A stretch of DNA of 64,000 bases from NCBI RefSeq assembly GCF_009914755.1, contig NC_060937.1; one strand, given 5' to 3'. This document shows, in pieces, positions 12,340 through 24,660 of this stretch (position 1 is its first letter; every line of letters starts with the position of its first letter). This stretch comes from the human T2T-CHM13v2.0 reference genome, Homo sapiens. Position numbers and translations under genes: made by a program. The notes under the pieces were generated by a model. That model was not told the DNA's origin and ran no database searches. It saw only the letters and a list, made by a program, of their open reading frames with translations.

Positions 12340-15300
12340 GAATCCTTGAAATCAATTTAGTGAGAATTAACACTTTTGAGTTTTATTTCCCATGAACATA
12401 GCATGTCACTTCATTTATCTAGGTCTTCTTGATTTCTTTCATCAATGTTTTATAGTTTTTAGCATATATAACTTGCACCTGTTTTGTTAGGTTTATATAA
12501 AAATATTTCATAGTATTTGTTGTAATTGTAAATGGTACCATTTTAAAATTCAATTTCCAATTATTTACTGGTAGTAGATTTTAACACAATTAATTATTAT
12601 ATATTAAACTTTAATGCAGCAATGTTGCCAAATTCACTGATTAATTCTCTGAACTTTTTGTAAATTCTTTGAGATTTTTTAATGTAAACTATCACATGTG
12701 CAAAAATAGAATTTTTTCTCTTGAATCTTGGTGATTGGGTTTTATTTTCTTGCACTATTGCATTACCTATGGTCTCCAGTACAATGTAAAATAGGAGTAG
12801 TGAAATCAAGAACTCAGTCCTATTCACAATAGCCACAGAAAGAAAAATACTTAGGAATACAGCTAACTCTGGAAGTAAAAGATCTCTAGAATGAGAATTA
12901 TAAACCATTGCTGAAAGAAATCAGAGATATCACAAACCAATGAAAAAAACCATTCCATTCTCATGAATAGGAAGAATCAATATTGTTAAAATGGCCATAC
13001 TCCTCAAAGCAATTTTCAGATTGAATGCTTTTCCCATCAAACTACCAGTGACATTCTTCACAGAATTAGAAAACAGTATTCTAAAATTCTTTTGGAACCA
13101 AAAAAAGAACCTGAATAGCCAAAGCAATCTTAAGTAAAAAGAACAAAGTTAATAGTATCACACTACCCGACTTCAAACCATACAACAAGTCTGCAGTAAC
13201 TAAAACAGCATGGTACTGGTACAAAAATGGACACATAGACCAATGGAATAGGTAGAAAACCCAGAAATAAAGCCATAAACCTACAATTATCTAATCATTG
13301 ACAAAGCCAGCAATAACAAACACTATTCAATAAATGGTGCTTGGATAACTGGCTAGCCATACAAAGATGAATGAAACTGGACCCCTTTTTCACCATATAA
13401 AATAATCAACTCAAGGCATATTAAAGACTTAAATGTAAAACCTAAAAATATAAATCCCCTGGAAGAAAACCTAGGAAATATCATTCTGGACATCAGCCTT
13501 GGAAAATTCATGGCAAAGACTCCAAAAACAATTGCAATAAAAATAAAAACTGACAAGTGGGACCTAATTTAACTGAAGAGTTTCAGCACAGGAAAGTACC
13601 AACAGAGTAAGCAGACAACCTACAAAATGGGAGAAAATATTTGCATACTATGCATCTGGCAAAAGTCTAATATCCAGAATGTATAAGGAACTTAAATCAA
13701 CAAGATAAAGACAACCCTATTAAAAAAATAGGCAAAGACATAAACAGAGACTTCTCAAAAGACATACACATGGCCAACAAGCATATGGGAAAAAAAGTTT
13801 AATATCATTAATCATTAGAGAAATGCAAATCAGTACCACAATGAGATACATCTCACACCAATCAGAATGGCTATTATTAAAAAGTCAAAAAAAATAACAG
13901 ATGCTGGCTAGGTTGTAGAGAAAAGGGAATGCTTATATGTTGGTGGGAATGTAAATTAGTTCAGCCACTGTGGAAAGCAGTCTGAAGATTTTTCAAATAA
14001 CTTAAAATACAACTACCATTTGACCCAGAAATCCCATTACTGGGTATATACCCAGAGGAATATCAAGCATTCTACCATGAAGACACATGCACTCATATGT
14101 TCATCACAGCACTATTCACAACAGCAAATACATGGAATCAACCTAGATGTCTATCAGTGGTGGACTGGATAAAGAAACTCTGTTACATATATACCATGGA
14201 ATACTATGAAGCCATAAAAAAGAATGAAATTATATCCTTTACAGAAACATGGATGAAGCTGTAGGTCGTTATCCTAAGTGAAATAATGCAGGAACAGAAA
14301 ACTAAATACCACATCTTCTCACTTACATATGAGAACCAGCCTTGCATATTTCAGAACAAACTCAACTTGGTCATGATGTAATACCATTTTTATATATTGC
14401 TAAATTCAATTTACTACTACTTTCTTGAGGATTTTTGCATCTATGATTTTGAGAAGTATTGGTCTATAGTTTTCTATCTGTTGGTATATTTGGTTTTGAT
14501 ATCAGAGTAATTATGACTTCATAAAGAGTTGGAAAATGTTCTTTTTCTTCAATTTTGTGAAACTTTGAGTAAAACTTATATTACCCATTAAATATTTGAT
14601 AAAATTGCCCAGTAAAGCATCTGTTTTGGGAATTTGTTGCTGTTGCTATTGATAGATTTTAACCATAAATTTAATTTATTTAATAGATATAAGATTACTG
14701 AAACTTTCAATTTCTTCTTGGTAGTTAGCATCTCTCAAAGACCTTTCAATTTAAGTTATTGTATTTATGGTCATAGCATTATCTATAATATTCCCTTATT
14801 CATCTCCTATTACCTGTAGAATGTGTAGTGAATGAGGATATCCCCTCTTTTATTTCTGACATTACTATGTCCATTCTCTATTTTTCTTGGTCAGTCGGTC
14901 TGGTATAAAGATCATTGACTTTACTGATGCTTTCAACAGACCAGCTTTTAGTTTCATTGACATTTTTCCTATTTTATTTTTTATTTTAAATTTTACTGAT
15001 TTCTACTTTTATCTTTATTATTTTTGTTTTTGGTTTTCTTAAGTGTAACTTACCTACTTTTTTGTGGAGCAATTTTAGATAATTATTTGAGACATCTTTC
15101 TAATATAAATGTTTATGCTATAAACTTTCCTCTGAGCAACTCTGTAGCTTCATTCCACAAATTTTGTTTAGTTGTATTTTCATTTTAAGTCAATTTTAAA
15201 CATGGGAGACTGCTTCTTTGACACATTAGTTATTTAGACTTTTTTTTTATTCCAAAATATTTGGCGATTTCCTGTCTCTCACTTATAAATTAATTCTATT

Positions 15301-15620
15301 CTCATGAGAGAACAAACTTTAAAATTAATTGCATTTTCCTTTTTTTGGCCGAAATTATTGTCTATCTTGGTGACTATTTTATATGTACTTGAAAACGACG
15401 TATATTTTTCTGTTGGATGGAGTAACCTAATGTCAAGTAACTCATTTGTTGTCTACTTTTTCTATCAACTACTAAGAGAGGAGTGTTGACATTGTCTTCA
15501 ACTATAAATATGATTTCACTCCTATAATTATTTTTCCTGTGTAATTTAAAGCTCTCTTTTTAGATGAGTACACAATACATTATATCTTCTTATTGAATTG
15601 TACCCTTGATCATTACAGCT
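12340..15620 (-). mobile_element. Old L1M ORF2 fragment, interrupted by a sense L1P piece
   Basis: Antisense ORF2 motifs such as 'ccatgaacatagcatgtcacttcatttatctaggtcttc' and 'gaaccagccttgcat'. Confidence 0.7.
12803..14333 (+). mobile_element. L1P (old L1PA/L1PB-like) ORF2 3' fragment lacking 3'UTR and poly-A
   Basis: Clear sense ORF2 (ggaagaatcaatattgttaaaatggccatac; agagaaatgcaaatca); ends near the ORF2 stop. Confidence 0.85.
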
Positions 15621-16714
15621 TTGAACTGTGCCATCTGGGTTGTCTATTAATTTTTATGTGGAGATTGAAGAACTCTGTACTGTCTTTCCAGAATACTCCA
15701 GAAAGGTTTTTACGTGAATAAAATGACCAAAGGTATTGTAAGCCTATAAGCTGCCTCTTTGAAAACTAGAGAAAAGATATTTCCTCTCACTGTGCACACA
15801 TTTTCAGATACATATTTTGGTGAGAAGCTAATTCCTTTGTGTGAATTAGAAACAAGTGCCTCTTTTTCTAAAGAACCCCTCTTCCATGCACACAACTTGG
15901 TGTGAAGCATCAGACTAGATATTTGCTCCTGCTTAACCTAAATCTAAGTGCTCTTGTGCTTTAAAGAAACTGCTCAACCATACATATCCAAATGCAGTGG
16001 CCCTGGTGATTACTCCCAGTCAAGATATGAATAGTTTATGCTCCAATGTTATTTTCTCTGTGACAGACTCATAATAATGATACATAAAGTATGAAAAGGA
16101 ACACTAAAATGTCTTAGGTAGGATCAAGCATAACAAACAATGTTGTGGCCACAAATGAAATAGTAATTTATGAGACTAAGAAAAATTCATGCATGTGCTG
16201 TATAACCAGCATCCTGTGGTAGTCAGGAAGTTACTCCTGCAGGGTCATATGAAGTAAGTGTTCTAAGTGAGATGGTAGATGTGAGCCAGGCTCACTGCAT
16301 AAATACAACGATTTGGTTGGCAGTGTTCCCACCTCCCACCTGTGAAAGAAAGTTGAAAAAAATTCTTCCAGTTGCTTTCTGGCTCTATGGGCTACAGGAA
16401 ATGGTGAGCCTGGGGACATGAGAGGAAATAAGGCAGGATCACCAACAGAGTCTGAAACTTATTTGCTGTTGGCTCAGAGACTTGATATCTGCAATACCTA
16501 TAATGTCATTACGTGGCGGAAAAGATCACACTTTTATTTTAAAATCTAGTCCTGGTCTGTGGATCTGAGGATGAATTTCTGTGACCCTATAGGAGTGTAC
16601 TCCTAGTTTCTTCTGCTTGCCTCCAGATGTAGAGTACAGCAAGCTCTTAGCTTATGCTTATTTACCATTTTACAGCTTTATTTTGGGAACTTCAGGAAAT
16701 TGTGTATGTGAATG

Positions 16715-17080
16715 TTATATTAAAAATGATAACGGAATTATGTTTATGTAGGGAAATGTTCTAGTTCTTAAGAGATGCATGCTGATGTATTTGGTGTCAT
16801 GCAACAATGACATGGTGTCATGCAACAATGTCATGCAACATGGTGTTATTGCAGAGATGGTTGCAAATATGAAACAATGTCTGAAACTTCCAGATGATTT
16901 AGTAGAGAAACTTATTATCTATTTATCTATAGCTATTGGTCTAGATATATCTATTTATCATCTTTATCACCATCATCATATGTCTATTATCTATACAAAG
17001 ATAAATCCAGATGAAAGAATATAGATATTTGTTATAGTATTCTTGTGTAGATTTTAAAATTTTCAAAATAAGATGAAGAA
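16715..17080 (+). mobile_element. L1ME-like 3'UTR fragment with internal short tandem repeats
   Basis: 'gagatgcatgctgatgtattt' and a 'tttcaaaataa' terminus; gtcatgcaaca repeats at 16792-16845. Confidence 0.45.
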
Positions 17081-17129
17081 AATAAGACAAAATAAGACCT
17101 GTGAGGTCTCTGAACCTACTTTTTTTTTT

Positions 17130-18650
17130 GTTTCCATTTTCTGGTCACAATCCCACTTTCCAGGATAACCTCATTAAAACCTTTGTAAATATAGTAACAT
17201 TTTTTTTCTGTTGTCTCAGTGATATGAGAACCCCAGAATGACCAAGTGACTGTTTCAGCCTTCAGTTCAATAAAATGGCCATTATGTCCCCTTGGGCAAG
17301 TATTCTCAAGGGTGTGTACTCCACCAACAGAAGACAAAGTTTAATAAGAGGAAGAAATGCTTTATGAATGGGTCATTTGCGATTATAGTTACAGAAATCC
17401 TTGGAGCAGTGCAGCTTTATCATGAGAGGAACAACAATGTACATCAAGAGCTGATTTAAAGCCTACACCACATCTTAAAGGATCAAACCCTCAAAGTCAT
17501 GCCATCCAGACTAAACCATAACTAAATATTCAGTAGACCATTCAACATTTTCTAAGGCCAGCTATTGGGTAAATAAGCTCCACATCAGGATTTTATGGGC
17601 TCATTGCTTTTGAGAAAAAAATAAATTTCTATATCAAAAATCATGTTCATTGATGGTAGTGTTGGCAGAAGCACTGCAAGCATGAGAGTCAGATTCACAA
17701 CCTAAGTATTGGTTTAGTGAAGATAAAGTACCAACATTTCCCTGAAGGAAGATGTCCAACAGAATAAAACTGCCATTGACTAATGCCCTCCGTGAAATTG
17801 TGGCTTAGTGTTAATCTCTGTTATTTGGTAGGTTGGATGATCAACAATGGTTGTAGCCAGATATCCTTTTTGTGAGGAAATCAATATTTTTATTTCCATG
17901 TATAATCTCCATCTATGCCTCCATGGCTACTTTGTACATTAGTCCATTGAGCAAGTGGCTGGGCTAGCTGGGCAAAAAAGCAAGTTGTTATTCACAGAAT
18001 ATATTTTTCCATCTGATGGATAAAAATCTTTATTACAGTGGATGCACATAGGTAAACATCTCACTGGACACAAATATTCTTACACTTTGCACTCATTCCA
18101 AGATTCTATCCACACACTATTCTCCAGGATTCTATGTCACCAGTTCTCTAATCTTGTTATTTCCATGTCCTTTGATATTTGAAACATTTGTTAGCCACTT
18201 CCCAATAATTGATATAATTGATGTAGATCTATCTCTAGACTTCATTCATTCCAGATAAAGTGAACAAGCAGTTATCTATCATCATTTTTGCTCATAAGGA
18301 ATGTTTGCCTTCACTACTGTCTTTCAAGTCCACCACTGAAAAACTGTAATGCTGCAGCTGTTTACCTCTGGCTGGCACCGGCAAAGGATCACAAGGACAA
18401 GAGGACATGTTGAGAGGTCATAGGTAATGGTTGTGGCCAAGACGTTGATGCAGCAGAAGCGAGTGCCTTGTGAACCTATACTTGCTTATGCAACATGCCT
18501 GTGCTTCAAGATCTGCTTGAATCAAGTCTTATAAATGCCACTCTCTCTTGATAATGGAGTGTTGTTGTGCACATCCAAATTTATGAGTTGGTATTTCAGA
18601 CAACATCCAGTTCATAATAGGCATTTTAGTTTACATGATTACTTAGTATA
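17130..18650 (-). mobile_element. Decayed ERVL-class pol fragment (tether/RNase H/integrase)
   Basis: Minus-strand translations PIMNWMLSEIPTHKFGCAQQHSI (~18550-18622), TAAALQ..LKDSSEGK (~18300-18380) and LAQWTNVQSSHGGIDGDYTW (~17895-17955) match HERV-L pol motifs. Confidence 0.85.
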
Positions 18651-18794
18651 CGACTGCCCACCATTTATCCTTTGTCAGGCATAGATATTTTCAAAGAAGT
18701 GATGGAAAATGTTTGGAAACCATTGCTTTTAGAGGATCGTAAAGACCTGAGTGAAGGTAACTTTCACTGAAAATTGAACCTGCTGCAGAGGGTT

Positions 18795-20880
18795 TTTTAA
18801 AAATTATTATTTGTACAAATTGATGGGATACATGAGAAATTCTGTTACATGTATATAAAGCATAGTGATCAAGTCAGAGTATTTAAGGTGTCCATCTCCT
18901 GAGTATGATACATTCTTGTTAAGTATAGTCACCCTACTAAGCTATTAAACATTAAATTTATTCCATGTATCTTACTGTATGTTTATACCCCTTAACACAG
19001 TTCTCTTTCTCCTTTCTCCCCTCCTTAACCTTGTAAGTCTGTTATCTATCTTTCCACTCTCTACCTCCATGTGGTATAACTTTTAGCACCCACATATGAG
19101 TTAGAACATACAATACTTATCTTTTTGTGCCTGTGTTATTTCACATAAGTGAATGACCTTCAGTTCCATCCAAGTTGCTACAAATAACATGATTTCATTC
19201 TTCTTGTGGCCAAGTATAATTCAATTGTGTATATATGCCATATTTTCTTCATCCATTCATCCAATAATGGACATTTAGGTTGATTCCATATGCTTGCTAT
19301 TGTGAATAGTGTAATAAACATGCAACTGCAGGTATCCTTTTGATATATTGTTGTCTTTTCATTCGGGTAGATACCCAGTAGTGGAAATTCTGGACCAAAT
19401 TGTGACACCATTTTTAGTTTTTTGAGAAACCTCTATTCTGTTTTCCACAGTAGCTGTACTAGTCTATTTTCCCACCAACAGTGTATGTAAGTTTCCTATT
19501 CTTCACATCCTTGCCAACATCTATTTTTGTGTTTTTAGTAATAGACTTTGTTACTAAGGTAAGGTGATATTTCTTTGTGGTTTGATTTGTGTTTGTCTGA
19601 TGATTAATAATAATAAGCAGTTTTCAATTTGTATGTCTTCTTTGGAGAAATGTCTGTTCATGTCCTTTGCCTACTTTTTAATAGTATTGCTTTTTTTTTC
19701 TGTTATTTGTATTTCCTGTATGTTCTGGATGTTAGCCTCCAGTCAGATGAATACTTTGAAAATATTTTCTCTCATTCTACAAATTATCTCTTCAGTCTGT
19801 TGATTATTTCTTTTACTATGCAAAAACTTTTTAGTTTAATTAAGTCTTATTTATTTATTTATTTATTTTTGCCCATTATTTTGAGGTCTTAATCATAAGT
19901 TCTTTGCCTAAACCGATGTCCAGGAGAGTTTTCCCTAGCTTTTCTTCTAATTTTTTAAAAATAGTTTTTGGTCTTATGTTTAAGGCTTTAATTCATTTTG
20001 ATTTGATTTTTGTGTGTTGAGAGTTAGGGGTCCAGTTTCATTATTCTGCATATGGCTATCCTATTTTCCCAGCACTATTTATTGAAGAGGGTTTCCTTTT
20101 CCCAATGTAAGTTTTTCTCAAATTTATGGAAGATCAATGAACTGTAAATATGTGATTTTATCTGTGGATTCTCTATTCTGTTTTGTCTGTCTGTCTATTT
20201 TTATACCAATCCCATGCTGTTTTGTTTACCATAGGCTTGTAATATATTTTGAAATCAGGTGATGTGATGTCTTCAGCTTTGTTCTTTTTGTTCAGAGTTG
20301 CTTTGGCTATTCATGTTCCTTTTGGTTCCATATGAATTTTAGAATTTGTTTTCTAATTCTGTGAAGAATGACATTGGTATTTTGGTAAGAATTGCATTGA
20401 ATCTGAATATTGCTTTGGACAATGTGGTCATTTTGACAATATTCTTCCAATCCATGAGCATGGGATAATTTTCCATTTGTCTGTGTCACCTCGATTTCTT
20501 TCATCAGTGTTTTGTAGTTTTCCTTGTAGAGCTCTTTCACCTTCTTGCTTAAATATTTTTCTAAGATGTTGTTTTGTAGTGATTGTAAATGGAATTGCTT
20601 TCTTTCTCAGCTAGATCATTATTGGCATTTAGAAATGCTACAGATTTATGGATGTTGATTTTGTATTCTGTATCTTTGCTGAATTTATTTATGAAATCTA
20701 AGAGTTTTTTGGTGGAGCCTTTAGGTTTTTCTTGGTTTAAGATTATATTATCAGCAAAGAGGAACAATTTGACTACCCTTTTCCTGTTTTTATTCCTTTT
20801 AGTTGTTTATCTTGCCTAATTGCTCTGGTTAGAACTTCCAGTTCTATGTTAAATAGGACTGGTGAAAGTGTACATCTTTG
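18795..20880 (-). mobile_element. L1MA/L1PB-type 5'-truncated element
   Basis: 3'UTR start 'gtacaaattgatgggatacatgagaaatt'; ORF2 remnants including LFADNIILN and KELYKENYKTLMKEI. Confidence 0.9.
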
Positions 20881-21049
20881 TGAAGGAACTTAGGGAACTG
20901 ATTTTACTGTTTTTATTGGTTTTCTTGTTAAGGATGGGTCCTTAAGATTGGATTAATAATTGGGTAAAAAATTTACAGTCAAATGTAACACAAATTGTCT
21001 ACAGAATTCAAAGAGGTCTACCAAAGACCCCTAAAAATTGAGTGCAATA

Positions 21050-23590
21050 TGTAACAACTTCTCTTGAATTAAAGTACATGACTTGTAATTCACCATTTTA
21101 ACCATATTAAAGGATACAGTTTAGTGACACTTAGTACATTCACATGTTATGCAACCATCACCGCTATCTAGTTCTGTAAGATTTTATATATCTCAAAGTA
21201 TTTTCCAATTTTCTTCATGATTTTCAAAATTTGACACATATGCTGCTTAAGAGTGTGTTGGTTCATCTTTATATATTTGTAAATTTTGTAGTTTTCCTTC
21301 TGATCTTATTTCTGGTTACATTTGACTGTGATCCATAAAGATATTTTATAGGATTTTAATCTTTTAAAATTTATTGAGACTTGTTTCTTGACCTCATATA
21401 TGGTATATTCTGAAGAATATTGCGTTTGCACTTGACACGAATGAGTATTCTGCTGTTGTTGGATGAAATGTTATATATATATATGCATGCATATATATGT
21501 ATATATATGCATATATACATATATATGCATATATATGTATATGTGTATATATATGCATGGTTATATATGCATGCATATATATGTTTATAAATGTATGTTA
21601 TATATATGCATGCATATATATGTATATATGTATGTTATATATATGCATGCATATATATGTATATATGTATGTTATATATATGCATGCATATATATGTTAT
21701 ATATGTATATATATGTTTTATATATATATGCATATTTCTTTTGGGCCTTATTAGGTTTTAGTGTTCAAATTCTATATTTTCTTAATAAACTTGTCTAGTT
21801 GTTTTATCATTTATTAAAGTGGATTATTGAAGTCTTCAACTATTGTTGTGGAATTGTCTATTTCTCTCTTCAATTCTGTCAGTGTTTCTCATATTCATAT
21901 ATCAAAATCCACTTTTATATATTCACAGTGGGATCACTGTTTTTAGTTACATATAAATGTTATATTTGTTTATAATTGTTATATCTTCATAATGGGTTGA
22001 CCTTTTTATCAATATATAATGCTTGTCTTTGTCCCTCGTTATGACTTTCAACTTAAAGTCAATTTTATGATAGAATAGTCACCCGAACTCTCTTTTGGCT
22101 ATTTCCAACAAATGTCTTTTTCTATCTTTCACTCTCAAATTATTTGTGTCACTGACTCTAAAGTGAGACTTTTGTAGATAGCATATAATTGGATCATTAA
22201 AAATTTTCTTCCAATCTCTGCCTTTTAATTATAACTTAATCTATATATATTTGAATTAGTTACATGTAAGAATTGCCATTTTGCTATTTGTTTCCTACAT
22301 GTCTTATGTTGTTTCTATTCTTCATTTCCTCTGTTACTGCCTTCTCTTGTGTTTACTTGATTTTTTTTGTTGTTAACCATTTTCATTCCCTTTTTATTTC
22401 TTTTTGCATATGTTTTTAGTTTTTTTCTTAGGAGTTACCATGGATATTACAAATAACACATTAAACTTACGACAATCAAGTTTGAATTGATATGAAGTTA
22501 ACTTCAATACTATACAAAACTCTGCACTCGAATGGGATTGGAGGTAGTACACAAAACCTTTAGTATTCCCTTAGTTTGGTATTCTGTCACTTATCACATC
22601 TCTATTCATTGTGTGCCCAATAATTTAAATTTGTAGTTATTTTATGCATTAAAAATCATATTGAAAATTAAAAGTAGAGTTACAAATCAAAATTACAGTA
22701 ACACTGCCTTTTATATTTGTCCAAGTGGTTACCTTTACTGGAGATCTTTATTTCTTCAGATGGTTTCAAGTTACCGTTTATTATCTTTTCATTTCGGTCT
22801 GCCTTTATCATTATCTTGTAGTACAGGTCTCTTGGTAACAAACTTCCTCAGCTTTTGTTTACCTACAAATATCTTAATTTCTTACTCATTTTAAAGAAAA
22901 CTTTGTCAGATATAAAATTCTTGGTTGACAGTTTATTTCAGCAGTTTAAATATACCATCCCACTGGCTTCTGTTATCCATGGTTTCCAATGATAAACCAG
23001 CTATTAGTCTTGTTAAGGAATCCTTGCACATGATGAGTCATTTCTATCTTGCTGCTTTCAAAATTTTCTCTTTGTCTTTATCTTTGTACAGTTTGATTAC
23101 AGTGTGTTTTGTTATGAATCTCTTTAGGTTTATCATGTTGGAATTTGTTGAGTTTCATGAATGTATAGATTCACGTCTTTCATCTAATTTCGTGTTTTCA
23201 GACATTATTTTTTCAAATATTCTTTCTACTCTTTTTGCCTCTCTTTTCTCTGTCAGACTCCCATGATGCACATATTTGTCTGCTTGATTGTGTCTTATTG
23301 GTTCCTTAAATCTATTCATTTTTATTTTTTATTTCAGCTCCTCATACTGGATCATTTTTATTGTCCTATATTTAACTGCTACTTTCTTTTTTGTGCTCAA
23401 ATCTGCCTTTAAACACCACCTCTTCTAGTGATTTTTTAAAATTTCAGTTTTTGTAATTTTCTACTCCAGAGTTTCCATTTGGCTTCTGTTTATAATTTTC
23501 ATCTCTTTATTGTTATTTTATATTTTGTGAGAAATCCTTCTCTTGTTTTTCTTTAGTTTTTGTCCATGGTTTCTCTTAGCTCCTTGAATT
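21050..23590 (-). mobile_element. Old L1MB/MC/MD fragments (3'UTR piece plus ORF2/ORF1 region)
   Basis: 'gtacattcacatgttatgcaaccatcacc' 3'UTR motif, then antisense endonuclease/ORF1-region sequence. Confidence 0.65.
21471..21733. repeat. Degenerate (TA)n/ATATGC low-complexity tandem repeat
   Basis: Directly visible; it produces the spurious Y/I/M/C ORFs. Confidence 0.95.
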
Positions 23591-24259
23591 TTGATGTGGT
23601 TACAAAACATGCCTTAGACAGCTCAATGTGAATGAGAGTTACATGTGACACTTCCAGGTGAATGCCTCTAAGATCCAATGTACAATGGAAAGGGACAAAC
23701 CTCACAGAAGAATGAGTCGAAGTGTGTGGAGAACAATAAACAAAGGAGCTATGTTGAGGGAGAAGAATTTATCTGTTTATGGAACATTCTCCTCCATCAG
23801 GGTAGCTGGATTGTAAAGTGTCTGCACAGTATATTTCAAAATTATACACACCCTAATCTGTTTATTTCCTGCCTCTCCTTTTTAGGAATAAGATTAATTT
23901 TTGAGGTTGTCTTCTTACTATTTCTCTATTTTCTATCAGGAGTGTGCAGGCCAAAAAAACATGTCTCTTTAGTTCATTTTTTTGTTTGTTTGTTTTCATT
24001 CGAAGGTAGATGCCATGATGTTTAGTGGTGGGAACAGTTAACATTCTGATCAGCTAACAGTACTCTGTGAAGTGGGGGACCAGTACTAAATGAACTCTGC
24101 ACCTGAGGAATTCTCCAAATAAATTGGGTGGCTTGGCAGTTCACAATTTTGCAAGTCAGGAAAAGCCAGTTTTGAATGTAATGCGGAATACCACGTATCA
24201 TCTCCTAATGGAAAGACTATCATGCATCATACAGAAGTCTTTCTCTGCAACTTGATGCT

Positions 24260-24660
24260 ATGACTAGATGGGACTTTTAGGCTGTCCCCTTTGAGTGTAT
24301 TTTAAATGCAGGAAAGAGTGATCCAAATATTGGGGACTAGAAGCTTAGATTGCGGTTATTATTGGGGCTAATCACAATTATATTCTAGCTCTCCTCCTTT
24401 GGCGTATGTGTTAAGATTGCCTTCCTTTTCTATGTGAGTGGAAATGATGTACATCTTTTAGGAGTCATTTCATTATTCACTATCATACTGTTTTCCTACC
24501 AAAATAATTGTGAAAACAAACGTTGAAGTGAGCCTCTATCAGACTGATTCTCTGTATGATATGCATTGAAGATTTGGTATAATCAAGAAATAAGCTTTTG
24601 TAGCATTTAGACAATAAGGATTGATTTATTTTGTACAGCATCTTAAACAAGGTAATACTG
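24260..24660 (+). mobile_element. Possible MLT1 internal-3' end and LTR remnant
   Basis: 'gagtgtattttaaatgcaggaaag...ttggggactagaag' resembles the MLT-int 3' end; heavily decayed. Confidence 0.35.

Noticed and set aside
21394-21798. Y/I/M/C/H-rich ORFs
   Set aside because: Translation of a TA-rich simple repeat.
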